From Bryobacterales bacterium (lineage in GTDB: Bacteria > Acidobacteriota > Terriglobia > Bryobacterales > UBA6623): a DNA stretch of 64,000 nucleotides. Location: positions 3,708,990 to 3,772,989 of the forward strand of contig OZ253444.1 in the NCBI GenBank assembly GCA_965261065.1, read 5' to 3'. The position numbers were made by a program, and so were the translations under genes. Positions 9,777-19,936 of the stretch are shown in pieces; the stretch's first letter is position 1; every line of letters starts with the position of its first letter. Under the pieces are notes generated by a model. It was given only the letters and a program-made list of their open reading frames with translations. It was not told the DNA's origin and did no database searches.

Positions 9777-10775
9777 ATGCCGACCCTCAAGACATCAACG
9801 ATGTCGCGCCGCGAGGTGCAAGCGCTCATCGCCGGCGACCTGAAGCGCGTCGAAAAGGCCATCGGCACCGACACGATCTGCTCGGTCGAGGCCGTCACAG
9901 CGATCAGTCATCACCTGCAGAAGAGCGGCGGCAAGCGGCTGCGGCCGGCACTGCTGCTGCTCTCGGCGGGGACGTGCGGGTACCGCGGCGACGCGGCGAT
10001 CCGGTTGGGGGCGGTCGTTGAGATCATTCACGCCGCCACGTTGGTGCATGACGATGTGATCGACAAGGCCGACGTGCGCCGCGGGCAGCCCTCGATCAAC
10101 CAGCGTTGGGGGAACCAGACCAGCGTCCTCGCCGGCGACTGGCTCTACATGCAGGCGTTCAATCTCGCCCTGCGCGAGAGGAACTTCTCGATCCTCGATC
10201 TGCTTATCGAGTTGACGCAGATGATGGTCGAGGGCGAGTTGATGCAGATGGACTGGGTCGGCCGCATCGACCTGACCGAAGACGAGCATCTCTCGCTCGT
10301 TCACCGCAAGACGGCCTATCTGTTCTCGGTATGCGCGCGCCTGGGAGCGATTCTCGCGGGAGTCGATCCCAAGCTGGAGCAACGGCTGGGCGACTACGGC
10401 TGGAACCTGGGCATGGCCTTCCAGTTGGTCGACGATCTGCTGGACTTTACGGCCACCGAAGACGTGCTGGGCAAGCCGGTAGGCAACGACCTGCGCGAAG
10501 GCAAGGTCACGCTGCCGATGATCCTGGCGCTGTCCGCATGCACGGCGGACGAACGCGGCCTAGTGCAGACCGTGATCCGAGACGAGGCGTATGACAACGT
10601 GCCGCTCGGCTCGATTCTGGCCTTGCTGGACAAGTACGGCGCCATCGAGACCGTGCGGCGCCGGGCGATCGACTACACCGAAACCGCTGCCGCCCAACTC
10701 GAGGATTTCCCGGAATCCAGCCACAAGCGCGCGCTCCTCGCCGTGACCGAGTGGGTCGTCGACCGCGATAGCTAG
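9777..10775 (+). CDS. Long-chain polyprenyl diphosphate synthase (IspB-like)
   Basis: 332-aa ORF. First DDxxD motif LVHDDVIDKADVRRG and second motif FQLVDDLLD. Confidence 0.88.
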   Translation: MPTLKTSTMSRREVQALIAGDLKRVEKAIGTDTICSVEAVTAISHHLQKSGGKRLRPALLLLSAGTCGYRGDAAIRLGAVVEIIHAATLVHDDVIDKADVRRGQPSINQRWGNQTSVLAGDWLYMQAFNLALRERNFSILDLLIELTQMMVEGELMQMDWVGRIDLTEDEHLSLVHRKTAYLFSVCARLGAILAGVDPKLEQRLGDYGWNLGMAFQLVDDLLDFTATEDVLGKPVGNDLREGKVTLPMILALSACTADERGLVQTVIRDEAYDNVPLGSILALLDKYGAIETVRRRAIDYTETAAAQLEDFPESSHKRALLAVTEWVVDRDS

Positions 10776-10879
10776 ACGCTACCTCGTTGCGACCCTGAAG
10801 GGCCGGCTACCACAGTCGCGCCAATGAGCAGCGCGGGCGCCTTCACAGCCTACGGCTCGCGCGACGCGGCCCGCGCCTC

Positions 10880-11470
10880 ATGACCGAAACCGAGATCAAG
10901 CTGCGCGTCGCCAACGTTTCCGCCATGCGCCGGCGTCTGCGGACTCTCGGCTGGCGCGTCTCCGAGCGGCGTCATCACGAGAGGAACCTCGTCTATGACC
11001 GCCGCAATCCTCCCTGGTTGGCCGCGGGGTACCTGCTTCGGATCCGCGAGGTAGGCAACCGGGTCTGGCTGACAGTGAAGCTGCCGATGGAGCCGGGCCG
11101 CCGGCACAAGGTGCGGGAGGAGTACGAGATCGAGACGCGCGACCGCGGCGTCGTGTCGAGCATCGTCGAGACGATGGAGTTCAAGCCTGTGTGGCGCTAC
11201 GAGAAGTATCGAACTGAGTTTCAGCGGCCCCGCGAAAAGGCCCAGGAAAAGGGCCCAGAAAAGGGCAAAGTCCTGCTGGACGAGACGCCGATCGGCGATC
11301 TACTGGAGCTAGAGGGTCCGCCCGCGTGGATTGACCGAACGGCGGCAAAGCTGGGTTTCCGCAAGGACGACTACATCACGCTGAGCTATCGGGGCCTTTT
11401 CGTCGAATACCGCCGCAGGCACACTGAGGTAGGCGACGATATGGTTTTTGATTCCAGGGCGCGACGGTAG
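10880..11470 (+). CDS. CYTH-domain protein (CyaB/class IV adenylate cyclase-like)
   Basis: 196-aa ORF starting MTETEIKLRV (ExExK signature), with a later LRIRE element. Confidence 0.7.
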   Translation: MTETEIKLRVANVSAMRRRLRTLGWRVSERRHHERNLVYDRRNPPWLAAGYLLRIREVGNRVWLTVKLPMEPGRRHKVREEYEIETRDRGVVSSIVETMEFKPVWRYEKYRTEFQRPREKAQEKGPEKGKVLLDETPIGDLLELEGPPAWIDRTAAKLGFRKDDYITLSYRGLFVEYRRRHTEVGDDMVFDSRARR

Positions 11471-11471
11471 G

Positions 11472-11510
11472 ACCGAGCCGTGACCGTAAGGGAGCGGTCC
11501 GGCGCAAACC
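11472..11510 (+). repeat. REP-like AACCGAGCCGTGACCGT repeat
   Basis: accgagccgtgaccgtaagggagcggtccggcgcaaacc sits between convergent genes. Confidence 0.65.
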
Positions 11511-11543
11511 CTGACGCCTCTCAAAGGCCTCTAGGCTACCGCC

Positions 11544-14024
11544 TCAATCCGTCTGCTCGGGACGCCACTGCGGTTTGTGATACCACTCCCGCAACACCGC
11601 GAGGGCTGGCTTGCCGATGGGGTTGTGCGTCGTGTCGAGCGCTCCGCCACGACCGTGGCTGGGCCACTTCCACCAGTAGAACCCCGCGAACCAAGGCTGT
11701 CCGCTGAACACCTCGAAGACGGCTCGGTAGCACTCGCTCTGGAGTTCCGGGTCGGGCGCGGCGCTGGGCTCCCTCCAGGGCTCGGCGGCTGCGGTGGTCA
11801 GCGACGGGTAGCCGATCTCGGTGAAGAGCACGGGCTTGCCGAACCGCTCCGCGACGGCGGCCATGCGGCCGACCAGCTCTTGCAGCCGGGGCGAGTGGGG
11901 CTCGGGCAGTGCGCCGTTCTCAGCCAGCGGGAAGTAAAAGTTCACGCCGGCGTAGTCCAACTTGTCCCAGAATGCGATACGCTCGAACTCCTCGTTCCAG
12001 TTGGCCGCGAACGTGATCGGGCCGCGGTAGACCCGCCGCACCGCGCGGATCAGCTCCCGCCAGGCATCCTCGTGGACACTCACGCCGTTCAACTCGTTGC
12101 CAATCGAGAACAACTCGACCTCGTAGAGCTCGGCCAGGCGGGCGTAGTGCAGAATCCAGCGCCGGTATTGCGCGAACCATTCGTCGAACTCCTCCCGCCG
12201 CTCGAAGCGGATGTCGCCGGTGAACGTGCCGCCCCACAGTTGCGGCTTGAGCATGATCTGAAGCCCCGCCGCCCGCGCCTGTTGCACGCTGCGAACCAGC
12301 CGCTCGTGGGTTTCCGAGAGGCGGAAACGAATCGTCGTCGTGCGAGGCGCACTGGTGGAGGCATAGGGGATCAGGGCGACTGTGTTTCCGCCCAGACTCC
12401 GGATCTTCTTGAGCTGGTCTTGCGCGGTGTCGGTGCCATATCCCCAACTCGTCGGGAACTCGTGGGTGAAGCTGACGCCGCGATGGTCTTGATGGGCGCC
12501 TCGACGCGTCGCCACACGACTAGCTTCTTCGCAGCCGTTCGCCGGGGTCAGCCAAGTGCGCCAGTCATCTTCGAGCGTCTCCCACGAGGGGGCCAAGGCT
12601 TCGGCGAAGGCATCCAGGCTCGCGATGCCGAGTGGCGCTCGGTACAACTTGTGCAGCACCGCGGTTCCTTGCGCCCGCATCAGAGACTCCACCCACGCGC
12701 CGCTCGTGGCGTCGCGCATCAGAGAAGACCGGTAGTCACCATCGACCGCAAGAATCTCGCGCAACGTGTAGGGCCGCTCCTCACACGCAATCTGTCGCGC
12801 GTAGCCGGTGAGGTCCCGGCCGAGGAAATCCCCGGCAGCGTAGCGAGCCATCGCCCTTCCGACGGCAGCCGACGCGGGCTCACCCCATTCGCTCGCCATC
12901 AACAGCACGGCCTCGCCCCGCGGGTCGGAGATCGTGCGGTCGGGTGCGAGGAAGTGATGCAGCGTGTCGGTGCCTTCAATCACATACGGGCTATCGTTGC
13001 GGCGCTCCGGCGCGAGGGACTGTTTACTCTCGGAGGTAACGTGCACGTAGGCGGTGCGGGGCTTTTGGGTCAGGGAGATGCCCAGGCGTCCGGCCAGCGC
13101 CTCCACGCGCTCGTCCGCCGCGGCGGCCCACTCCCGCTGCTGTTCCTCCGTGAACTGGCCGGGCTCGAAACGCAGATCCCAGTGCCGCGACTGCCGCGCC
13201 TCCAAAGCCTCCGCGCGGCGGTGGCGCACGATGTCCGGGTAGTACGTTAGACCCGCGTACGCGACGACGCCACTGAGCAGTACTCCCGTGCCACCCTTCC
13301 AGCCAGGCTGAAACACGCCGGTTGCTTGCCGGGCCTTCCATAGAACAGGCACGACGACGGTCAGGGCCAGCAGTGAGGGTGCGAACGGCCAACCGGCTCG
13401 CGACATCCCAAAAGCCAGCGGCGCGCCTCGCTGCAATAGATTGATGGCCACAACGGGTAGCACAATCCAGAGCAGAACCGCGAGACCACGCTTCCACATC
13501 GTCGGCTGCGTCGTCGGCGGTAGGTCGCCCGCCGCGCGGCTCAGCAACACGAAGGTCAACGGCACGAGGACCAGCAGAAACAGGATACCGGGCGCCGGCG
13601 CGCCCCAGCCTGGCGCAGCGACCACTTGGAATAGAGAACGCAGAGGGCCGCGTGCATAGAGGGCGAAGTAAACCGCGGCGTCAACGACGAAGAGCGCCAG
13701 CCAGAAGACCGTGAACGAGACCAGCAGTCGCCCCCAGCCCGTGAAGCGCCGCGAGAACCCGGGTGCAAATCGTAGTGCCAGAAGCCCAATGGCCATCGAC
13801 AGGGCCGCCAGCGCCGCCGCGCCCAGCGCACCCCTGCCCGCCGGGCCGAAGACATAGAAGCGTGGATTCAGCCCCCAGAGCTGGATGCCGTGAAACTCGG
13901 AGCCGGGCGTCAGCGCCATCAACAAGCGCGGCGCTTCCCACAGTACTCGGGCGAGCAGCAGCCCCAGGTAGCAGCAAGCGCCCGCTCCCAGCAGTTGGAA
14001 GAATCCACTGGCGAAGTACCGCAA
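11544..14024 (-). CDS. Polytopic membrane protein with C-terminal clan GH-A glycoside-hydrolase-like TIM barrel
   Basis: 826-aa ORF. The N-terminal ~270 aa are strongly hydrophobic. The C-terminal half has FSIGNELNG (acid/base NE) and LFTEIGYPS (nucleophile E) spaced as in GH5/GH113-type enzymes. Confidence 0.6.
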   Translation of the reverse strand: MRYFASGFFQLLGAGACCYLGLLLARVLWEAPRLLMALTPGSEFHGIQLWGLNPRFYVFGPAGRGALGAAALAALSMAIGLLALRFAPGFSRRFTGWGRLLVSFTVFWLALFVVDAAVYFALYARGPLRSLFQVVAAPGWGAPAPGILFLLVLVPLTFVLLSRAAGDLPPTTQPTMWKRGLAVLLWIVLPVVAINLLQRGAPLAFGMSRAGWPFAPSLLALTVVVPVLWKARQATGVFQPGWKGGTGVLLSGVVAYAGLTYYPDIVRHRRAEALEARQSRHWDLRFEPGQFTEEQQREWAAAADERVEALAGRLGISLTQKPRTAYVHVTSESKQSLAPERRNDSPYVIEGTDTLHHFLAPDRTISDPRGEAVLLMASEWGEPASAAVGRAMARYAAGDFLGRDLTGYARQIACEERPYTLREILAVDGDYRSSLMRDATSGAWVESLMRAQGTAVLHKLYRAPLGIASLDAFAEALAPSWETLEDDWRTWLTPANGCEEASRVATRRGAHQDHRGVSFTHEFPTSWGYGTDTAQDQLKKIRSLGGNTVALIPYASTSAPRTTTIRFRLSETHERLVRSVQQARAAGLQIMLKPQLWGGTFTGDIRFERREEFDEWFAQYRRWILHYARLAELYEVELFSIGNELNGVSVHEDAWRELIRAVRRVYRGPITFAANWNEEFERIAFWDKLDYAGVNFYFPLAENGALPEPHSPRLQELVGRMAAVAERFGKPVLFTEIGYPSLTTAAAEPWREPSAAPDPELQSECYRAVFEVFSGQPWFAGFYWWKWPSHGRGGALDTTHNPIGKPALAVLREWYHKPQWRPEQTD

Positions 14025-14078
14025 TGCTTCAGTCCCGGCGCCTACACTTGTGGCGTCTATTGTTCTGGAATCGCCGAA

Positions 14079-15527
14079 CTACGAAGCTTCCAGCGGCGCG
14101 GTTTGCGGCTCCCCCAGCCGGCACTCGGCGTGCAACGACCGAACCGCCTTCGGCAATGCATCTTTGGCGACCACGATGGCGATGGTCAACTCGCTCGATC
14201 CCTGGGCGATGGCAATGATGTTGATATCGTCGCGGGAGAGCGCTGTGAAGATCCTGCCCGCCAGGCCGGGCGTCCCTTTCATGCCCTCCCCGACGGCCGC
14301 CAACAGCCCCACGCTGTGGTCCACCTCAATCGGGTGAACGTACCCATGGGCCAGCTCCAGGGCGAGTTCTGACCGCAGGCTCTCCATCACCGTACTCAAC
14401 TCCTCGGTCCGGACCAGCATACAGAAGTTCTGGCGGAAGCTGGACCGCGTCAGCAGCAGCACCTCGACGTTCGCGCGGGCGGCGGCTTCGAGGGCCCGCG
14501 CCATCAGTTGCGCCCCCGACGTCGAGAGGTTCACCGCTTCGATCGAGATCAACGACACCGTCGCCAGCGACGTGATGGCCCGCGCGCCGTGCCCCGTGCT
14601 GATCCGGGGAACGATGTGCGTGCCGGGGAGATCGGGTTTGAAGCTGTTCTTGATCCACACCGGGATGCGTTTCTCTTCCAGCGGCGCCAGCGTGCGGGGA
14701 TGGAGCACCTTGGCCCCGTTGTAGGCCAGTTCGGCGGCCTCGTTGTAGGTCACTTCGTCCAAGACCCGCGCGTCGGGGACGACTCGAGGATCGCCGCTGA
14801 GGATACCGTCGACGTCCGTCCAGATCCACAGCTCGTCGGCATCGAGCACCGCCGCCAGAATGGCCGCGGAAAAATCCGAGCCGCCCCGTCCCAGCGTCGT
14901 CGGCCGCCCGTCGCGCGTCGCGCCGTTGAAGCCGGTCACGATCGGAACCTGTCCAGCCTCGATCAAAGGCAGCAGCTTGGTGCGCGCCTTCTCGCCCGTT
15001 TCCTCCATCAGCGGCGAGGCGCTGCCGAACTCGTCGTCGGTCACGATCAGCTCGACGCCGTTGACGGCGGCCGCGTCGATGCCGCGCGCGCACAACCGTT
15101 GGCTGCAAAGCAGAGCACAGAGCTTCTCGCCCGTCGGCACGGCTTCGTCTACCGATCGCAGCGGCCGCGCGCCCAACATCAACATGCCGCGCGCAATCCG
15201 CCCAAAGGCGTCGATGTGCTCGTTCACCTTTTGAGCCGTTCGCTCGCCGGGATCGGCTGGCAAGGTCTCAGCCGGCAACACCGAGCAAGCGTCGAGATGG
15301 CGTTCCCGAAGCGCAGCGAGTTGCGAGTCCACCGCCTCGGTGTCTCCGGCCTCGGCATGACGCAACGTATCGAGAAGGGCGTCGGTCACTTTCGACATCG
15401 CGGACACCACGACAACGAGACGATGCGTGCCGGCGTGCGAGGCTATGATGTCGGCGGCATCCGCGATACGCTCGGGCGAACCCACGCTGGTTCCCCCGAA
15501 CTTCATGACTAATAGCGGCTTCGGCAT
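14079..15527 (-). CDS. lysC: Aspartate kinase
   Basis: 482-aa ORF. MKFGGTSVG N-terminal kinase motif, VVVVSAM and GRGGSDFSAA, plus a C-terminal ACT-like region. Confidence 0.92.
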   Translation of the reverse strand: MPKPLLVMKFGGTSVGSPERIADAADIIASHAGTHRLVVVVSAMSKVTDALLDTLRHAEAGDTEAVDSQLAALRERHLDACSVLPAETLPADPGERTAQKVNEHIDAFGRIARGMLMLGARPLRSVDEAVPTGEKLCALLCSQRLCARGIDAAAVNGVELIVTDDEFGSASPLMEETGEKARTKLLPLIEAGQVPIVTGFNGATRDGRPTTLGRGGSDFSAAILAAVLDADELWIWTDVDGILSGDPRVVPDARVLDEVTYNEAAELAYNGAKVLHPRTLAPLEEKRIPVWIKNSFKPDLPGTHIVPRISTGHGARAITSLATVSLISIEAVNLSTSGAQLMARALEAAARANVEVLLLTRSSFRQNFCMLVRTEELSTVMESLRSELALELAHGYVHPIEVDHSVGLLAAVGEGMKGTPGLAGRIFTALSRDDINIIAIAQGSSELTIAIVVAKDALPKAVRSLHAECRLGEPQTAPLEAS

Positions 15528-15543
15528 TCCTAGCCCTCAAAAC

Positions 15544-17141
15544 TGTCAACGCCCAATAGAAATGTCCCCCTCGGTAGCTCGATAGAAGTGTCCCCTTGTG
15601 TTTCTTGTTCGTAGGAGAGATATCGTCGTCGTCGGGGCTGTGGAACTGTGGGAATCGCGTAGCGATTTCCAAGGGGCGGTGGGAAGGGTGGAAAACCATC
15701 CACCGCTCCTCGAACCCGGTACTGCTGCCTCGAGAGATTTTCCACGCTTTCCATCCGACCCGGCATTTCCACAGCCCTCTTATGTATTCGCAGCCCGTTT
15801 TTTCCGTAACACAGCTCGCCGCCAGGGGTGGTCCGCCGCCGGCTTGCGCCCGCCCTCCGGACGCTGCTGTGGTGCTGGTTTCGTCCGCAGCTGTGGCGTC
15901 GGCGTGGCGATCACGTCGTGCTCGATCTCGTGCCCGTCAAACCTCACCTGCAAGCTCTCATCGCGCCACTGTTGGACCGTCACCCGTGCCCCCGCCCCCA
16001 CGCCCTGGTTGCGTTTCGGCTTCAACTGCAAACAACGATTCTCGAAACGCACCACCCGGTCGTTGCTCACCACGCGTTCGTACTCGCAACAGAACACCCC
16101 TCGCAGCTCGGTGCCGCGGGGGAGCGCCTGGTGAAAGTCCGCTGCCGCCGCCGGCTCACAGGCGAAGCGCTCGTTGTGCTCGGCCAGGTACTCCTCGTCG
16201 AGATAACGGTTCGCCGCCTCGTACTCGACGATCCCGCGCAGCCGCATCTTCTTGATCAGGCGGTCTTGGTGCGTGCCGTGATGGCGCTCCACTCGGCCCT
16301 TGGCTTGCGGCGAGGAAGCCGCCATGATCGTAATGCCGAGCTTGGCACACATGCGCCCGAACTGCGTCTCGGGCTTGATGCCTGCCAGCGCTTCCCGCGA
16401 CGTCGGCTGGCGCTGGTAGACGTTTTTCCAGTCGCAGTACAACGCCTTGGGAACGCCGTGTTGACGCACCCAGGCTGCGAGCAGATCGGCCGCGGCCCAG
16501 GTCGTTTCCTGGTCCGAGAAACGGCACAGCGCCACACCGGTCGCGTCATCGACGAAGTTCATCAGACAGGCTTTCGGGCCGCGTTCTTCCAGCCAGTGGT
16601 GGTGCGAACCGTCGAGTTGAATCAGCTCGCCGAAGTGCGCTTTGCGTTGGCGCCGGGTGCGATGCGGTTGGCGCTTGCGACGGCGGCTCCACAGACCCGC
16701 GGCGAGCATCCAGCGCCGCAGTGTTTCGCGCGGCACTTCCAGGCCGTGGTCGGCTGCCAGATGTTCCGACGCCAGCGTCGGCCCGAAGCGCTCGTGCCCC
16801 TCGCCCGCATAGTTCTCGCGCACCAACTCGAGAACCTGCTGGCGTCGCTTCTGATCGGCTCGGTTCGAAGCACGGCCGACGTTACCGTGCACCAAAGCCT
16901 TGGCCCCGCCCGCACGGTAACGCTTCTTCAGACGCTTCGCATGGCGGTAGCTGACCTCCAGCAGCTCGGCGGCTTCGGTCAACTTCAGTTCTCCTCGTTT
17001 CACTCGGCTCAGCACTTCGCCGCGCCTCAACTCCTTGGCACTCATCCATGTCCTTCCCACTCTCGGCTCCTCCTTCGGAGCCTCAGAGTAGGGGACATTT
17101 CTATTGGGCGCTCAAGGGGACATTATCATTGGGCTTCAACA
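15544..17141 (-). mobile_element. ISNCY (IS1202-group-like) insertion sequence, copy A (1598 bp)
   Basis: Ends TGTCAACGCCCAATAGAAATGTCCCC and (reverse complement) TGTTGAAGCCCAATGATAATGTCCCC, with internal repeats of the CCCAATAGAAATGTCCCC motif. 16-bp TSD TCCTAGCCCTCAAAAC at 15528-15543 and 17142-17157. Confidence 0.88.
15780..17060 (-). CDS. ISNCY-family transposase (HTH plus rve integrase core)
   Basis: 426-aa ORF. N-terminal LTEAAELLEVSYRHAKRLKKRYRAGGAKALVHGNVGRASN, then a DDE region. GTG start preceded by GAAGGAGGAG. Confidence 0.85.
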   Translation of the reverse strand: MGRTWMSAKELRRGEVLSRVKRGELKLTEAAELLEVSYRHAKRLKKRYRAGGAKALVHGNVGRASNRADQKRRQQVLELVRENYAGEGHERFGPTLASEHLAADHGLEVPRETLRRWMLAAGLWSRRRKRQPHRTRRQRKAHFGELIQLDGSHHHWLEERGPKACLMNFVDDATGVALCRFSDQETTWAAADLLAAWVRQHGVPKALYCDWKNVYQRQPTSREALAGIKPETQFGRMCAKLGITIMAASSPQAKGRVERHHGTHQDRLIKKMRLRGIVEYEAANRYLDEEYLAEHNERFACEPAAAADFHQALPRGTELRGVFCCEYERVVSNDRVVRFENRCLQLKPKRNQGVGAGARVTVQQWRDESLQVRFDGHEIEHDVIATPTPQLRTKPAPQQRPEGGRKPAADHPWRRAVLRKKRAANT

Positions 17142-18907
17142 TCCTAGCCCTCAAAACTCTCATCGTACAGTAGAGTGCTGAGCCGGTCCGTGGCCCAGGG
17201 CGTCGGGCAGTGTCTCGGTTTCAACCCAACCCGGTCCATGTGCTTCCGGCGGCACTGAGGCAGCCGCCTTCAGGCCGGGGCGTCGTCGTTCCGTGTCGAG
17301 GTACGCGCGATGTGCACCTTTGCCGACTCCGGAGGGTAACCCAGATCCCGAAAAGCTCGGCCCTTGCTGGTTGTGAAAGCCTAATATGCCAAATCGGCGA
17401 GAATAGAAGCTGAGGGCCTTTCCGGCCTCGACCTCCCTTATGTGGCTTTCGCGGTTATGCCCGGGGTTCGTGTTGCTACTCCTCCTCTGGGGCCCGTCTG
17501 TATCGTGGCTACCCGCGGCGTCGAGCGAACACGAAGATCCGCTTCGCAGCGGCACCTACCGCGGGCGTATTCTCACCGAGCAGTTCCTGCATCGTCAGGC
17601 GGTCGGGCGCCGGGCGCAGCGCGCCAAGGCGGCGCTTTCACCCGAGCCTGCCGGCGTCATCCGACCCGACATGGGCGAGATCGCCGTGATTGACAGCGCC
17701 GACGGGGTGGTGATCGAGCCCAACCCGTTTGACTTGCAGGGCCGAAGTATCCACTTCGTGCCGGGCGGGGCGGGCTACACGGTGACCTCGGAAGGCCTCT
17801 CCCTCGACGAGCAGGCGCGCGACGGCGGGACGGCGATCGCCCTGGGCGACGACGATGCCGTAGCGGTCACGCTGCCGTTCCCGTTTCCGTTCTTCGGCGA
17901 GACGCACCATCAGATCTTCGTCCACTCGGACGGGAACGCGACGTTCGTGGAACCGGAGGCGTCAAGCAGCGCGCGATCGTTGTCGCGAGCTGTGAGCGGT
18001 CCGCCGCGGATCGCACCGTTTTTCTCCGATCTCGACCCCAGCCGGGTTGGCACGCCCATCACCACGTTCGCCACCTCGGATCGTTTCGTTGTCACCTGGG
18101 ACCGCGTCCCGCCGTTCACTTCCGGGAGCGTTGGGGCGCGGCAGACCTTCCAACTCACGCTGAGCAGCGACGGCCGGATTGAGTTCGACTTCGAAACCGT
18201 CACGTTGGCCTCAGTGGTTGTGGGCATCATGCCCGGACGCCTCGAAGGCGGCCAAACAGCGGTCGACCTCTCCCTAGACCTCGTTACACCGGTCGAAGGC
18301 GCTGTGGCGGAGATCTTCAGCCCGATACGCAGCCTCGACACGTTCGCGGTCGGGCAGAAGTTCTACCTCAACCACGACGACGCGTACGACTACCTGGTGC
18401 TGTTCAACAGTGTGTGGTTGCGGGTGGGTACAAGCGCTTTCGCCTTCCAGTTGAATGTGCGAAACGAGGTGACCGGCATCGGCGAGCTGCTGACGGGAAC
18501 CGAGACGGTGGATTTCGGCGAGCAGTTCGGCTCGCCGCGCCGCTTGCAGAGCTTCATGAACATGGGGCCGCTGAACAACTATCCGGCTACAACGACCGCG
18601 ATCATTCCGACGCTCGGCGAGAACACGACGCTATCGGTGATGACTCACGAAGCGGGACATCGGTTTCTGGCGTACGTCGAATTCCTCCACCCCGCCACCG
18701 GGCTGCCTTCCCCATCGCTGCTCGGCCGGCAGCAGGCGCACTGGAGCTTCTTCTTGAATACCGACGCATCGGTGGTTGAAGGTAACCGCATTGACGACCG
18801 CGGCGCACTGTTTCAATGCATAGGTAGTGGCAAAGAGGAATCCTCCCGGGGGCAAAATGCTGAGAGCGGCCACGCGGTCGGCTCAGAGCCAATCCCAGGA
18901 GGATTCC

Positions 18908-19936
18908 ATGCCAGAACTCTACTACATCGGACTCGATGTCCATAAGAAAAGCATCAGCTTCTGCATCAAAACCGGGGACGGAACGATCGTCCAGCGCGGT
19001 CAGGTCGCGGCCACTCGCGCCGCCCTGACCGCTTGGGCGTCAGCCCTCGAGCGCCCTTGGGTGGGCGCGCTCGAAGCCACCCTGTTTACCGGCTGGATTT
19101 ACGATCACCTCCAGCCCTTCGCCCAGGAACTGCAAGTCGCACACCCGGCCATGCTCAAGGCCATCGCCTGCGCCAAGAAGAAGAACGACCGTCTCGACGC
19201 CACCAAGATCAGTGACCTGCTGCGCTGCAACCTGCTGCCGCGCTGCTACGTGGCGCCGCCTGCCCTGCGCGAGTTGCGGCGCGTGCTGCGCTATCGCAAT
19301 CTGCTGCTGGGCGAAGCCGTCCGCATGAAGAACAAAATCAGCGGGCTACTGATGGAAGTGGGCGAACCCTACGATGCCCGGCGGCTGCACGGGCGCAACT
19401 ATTTCTACTCCTATCTCGACAGCCTGCGCGACACGCCCGAGTCGGTGATCGAGCTGCTCGCCATCACCCGCGGCAGCCTGGAAATGTTCGATCGTTTGCA
19501 GCAGGAGTTACTGCGCGGATTGCGGCGCCATCCGCTGTTGCGGGAACGCGTCGAGTTGCTGCAGTCGATTCGCGGCGTGGGGGAGGTGACGGCGTTGACC
19601 TGGGCGCTGGAGACCGTCGAGCCCGAGCGCTTCGGTTCGCTGGGCCAGGCGGTGAGTTACTGTGGGTTGTGTTCGGCACAGCGCGAGTCGGCCGGCAAGA
19701 CGCAGCGGGGACCGCTGTCGAAGCAGCGCAACAAGCATTTGCAGCGGGTGCTGATCGAGGCGGCGAAACTCGCGCCGCGCTGGAACCCGCAACTGCACGA
19801 CGTCCATGAGCGGGAGTTGACGCGCGGGTCTCGCAATCGCGCGACGTTGGCCGTGGCGCGCAAGTTGGTGGCGTATCTGCGGGCCGTGGACACCAGTGGC
19901 CGCACGTTCGTGCCGCGGGTTGCGGCCGAGGCGTAA
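18908..19936 (+). CDS. IS110-family transposase (DEDD N-terminal domain plus C-terminal Transposase_20-like domain)
   Basis: MPELYYIGLDVHKKSISFCI is the typical family N-terminus. RBS GGAGGA lies 6 nt upstream. C-terminal ...SIRGVGEVTALTWALE...CGLCSAQRESAGK. Confidence 0.88.
   Translation: MPELYYIGLDVHKKSISFCIKTGDGTIVQRGQVAATRAALTAWASALERPWVGALEATLFTGWIYDHLQPFAQELQVAHPAMLKAIACAKKKNDRLDATKISDLLRCNLLPRCYVAPPALRELRRVLRYRNLLLGEAVRMKNKISGLLMEVGEPYDARRLHGRNYFYSYLDSLRDTPESVIELLAITRGSLEMFDRLQQELLRGLRRHPLLRERVELLQSIRGVGEVTALTWALETVEPERFGSLGQAVSYCGLCSAQRESAGKTQRGPLSKQRNKHLQRVLIEAAKLAPRWNPQLHDVHERELTRGSRNRATLAVARKLVAYLRAVDTSGRTFVPRVAAEA

Noticed and set aside
15530-15772. An 80-codon ORF after the ISNCY transposase stop that runs out through the IS terminus (also 33345-33581 and 54046-54297).
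   Set aside because: It has no stop codon inside the element, so its C-terminus differs at every copy. The sequence is Pro/Arg-rich with no recognisable fold. I treat it as non-coding IS arm, though an outward-reading fusion ORF cannot be excluded.
17158-17439. A possible lysine riboswitch or lysC leader displaced by the IS insertion.
   Set aside because: Reading the minus strand, I could not find the conserved L-box elements (AGAGGnGC, GAAAGGGG, GUCGCCGAAG, GGCUGUCA). There are only loose resemblances such as GTGCCGCCGGAAGC.
18897-18905. GGAGGATTC occurs at 18897 and again at 20283; I considered it a target-site duplication of the IS110-family element.
   Set aside because: The first copy is the transposase Shine-Dalgarno region inside the element. 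The two copies sit in different codon phases of the host gene. They are better explained as parts of the subterminal inverted-repeat system.
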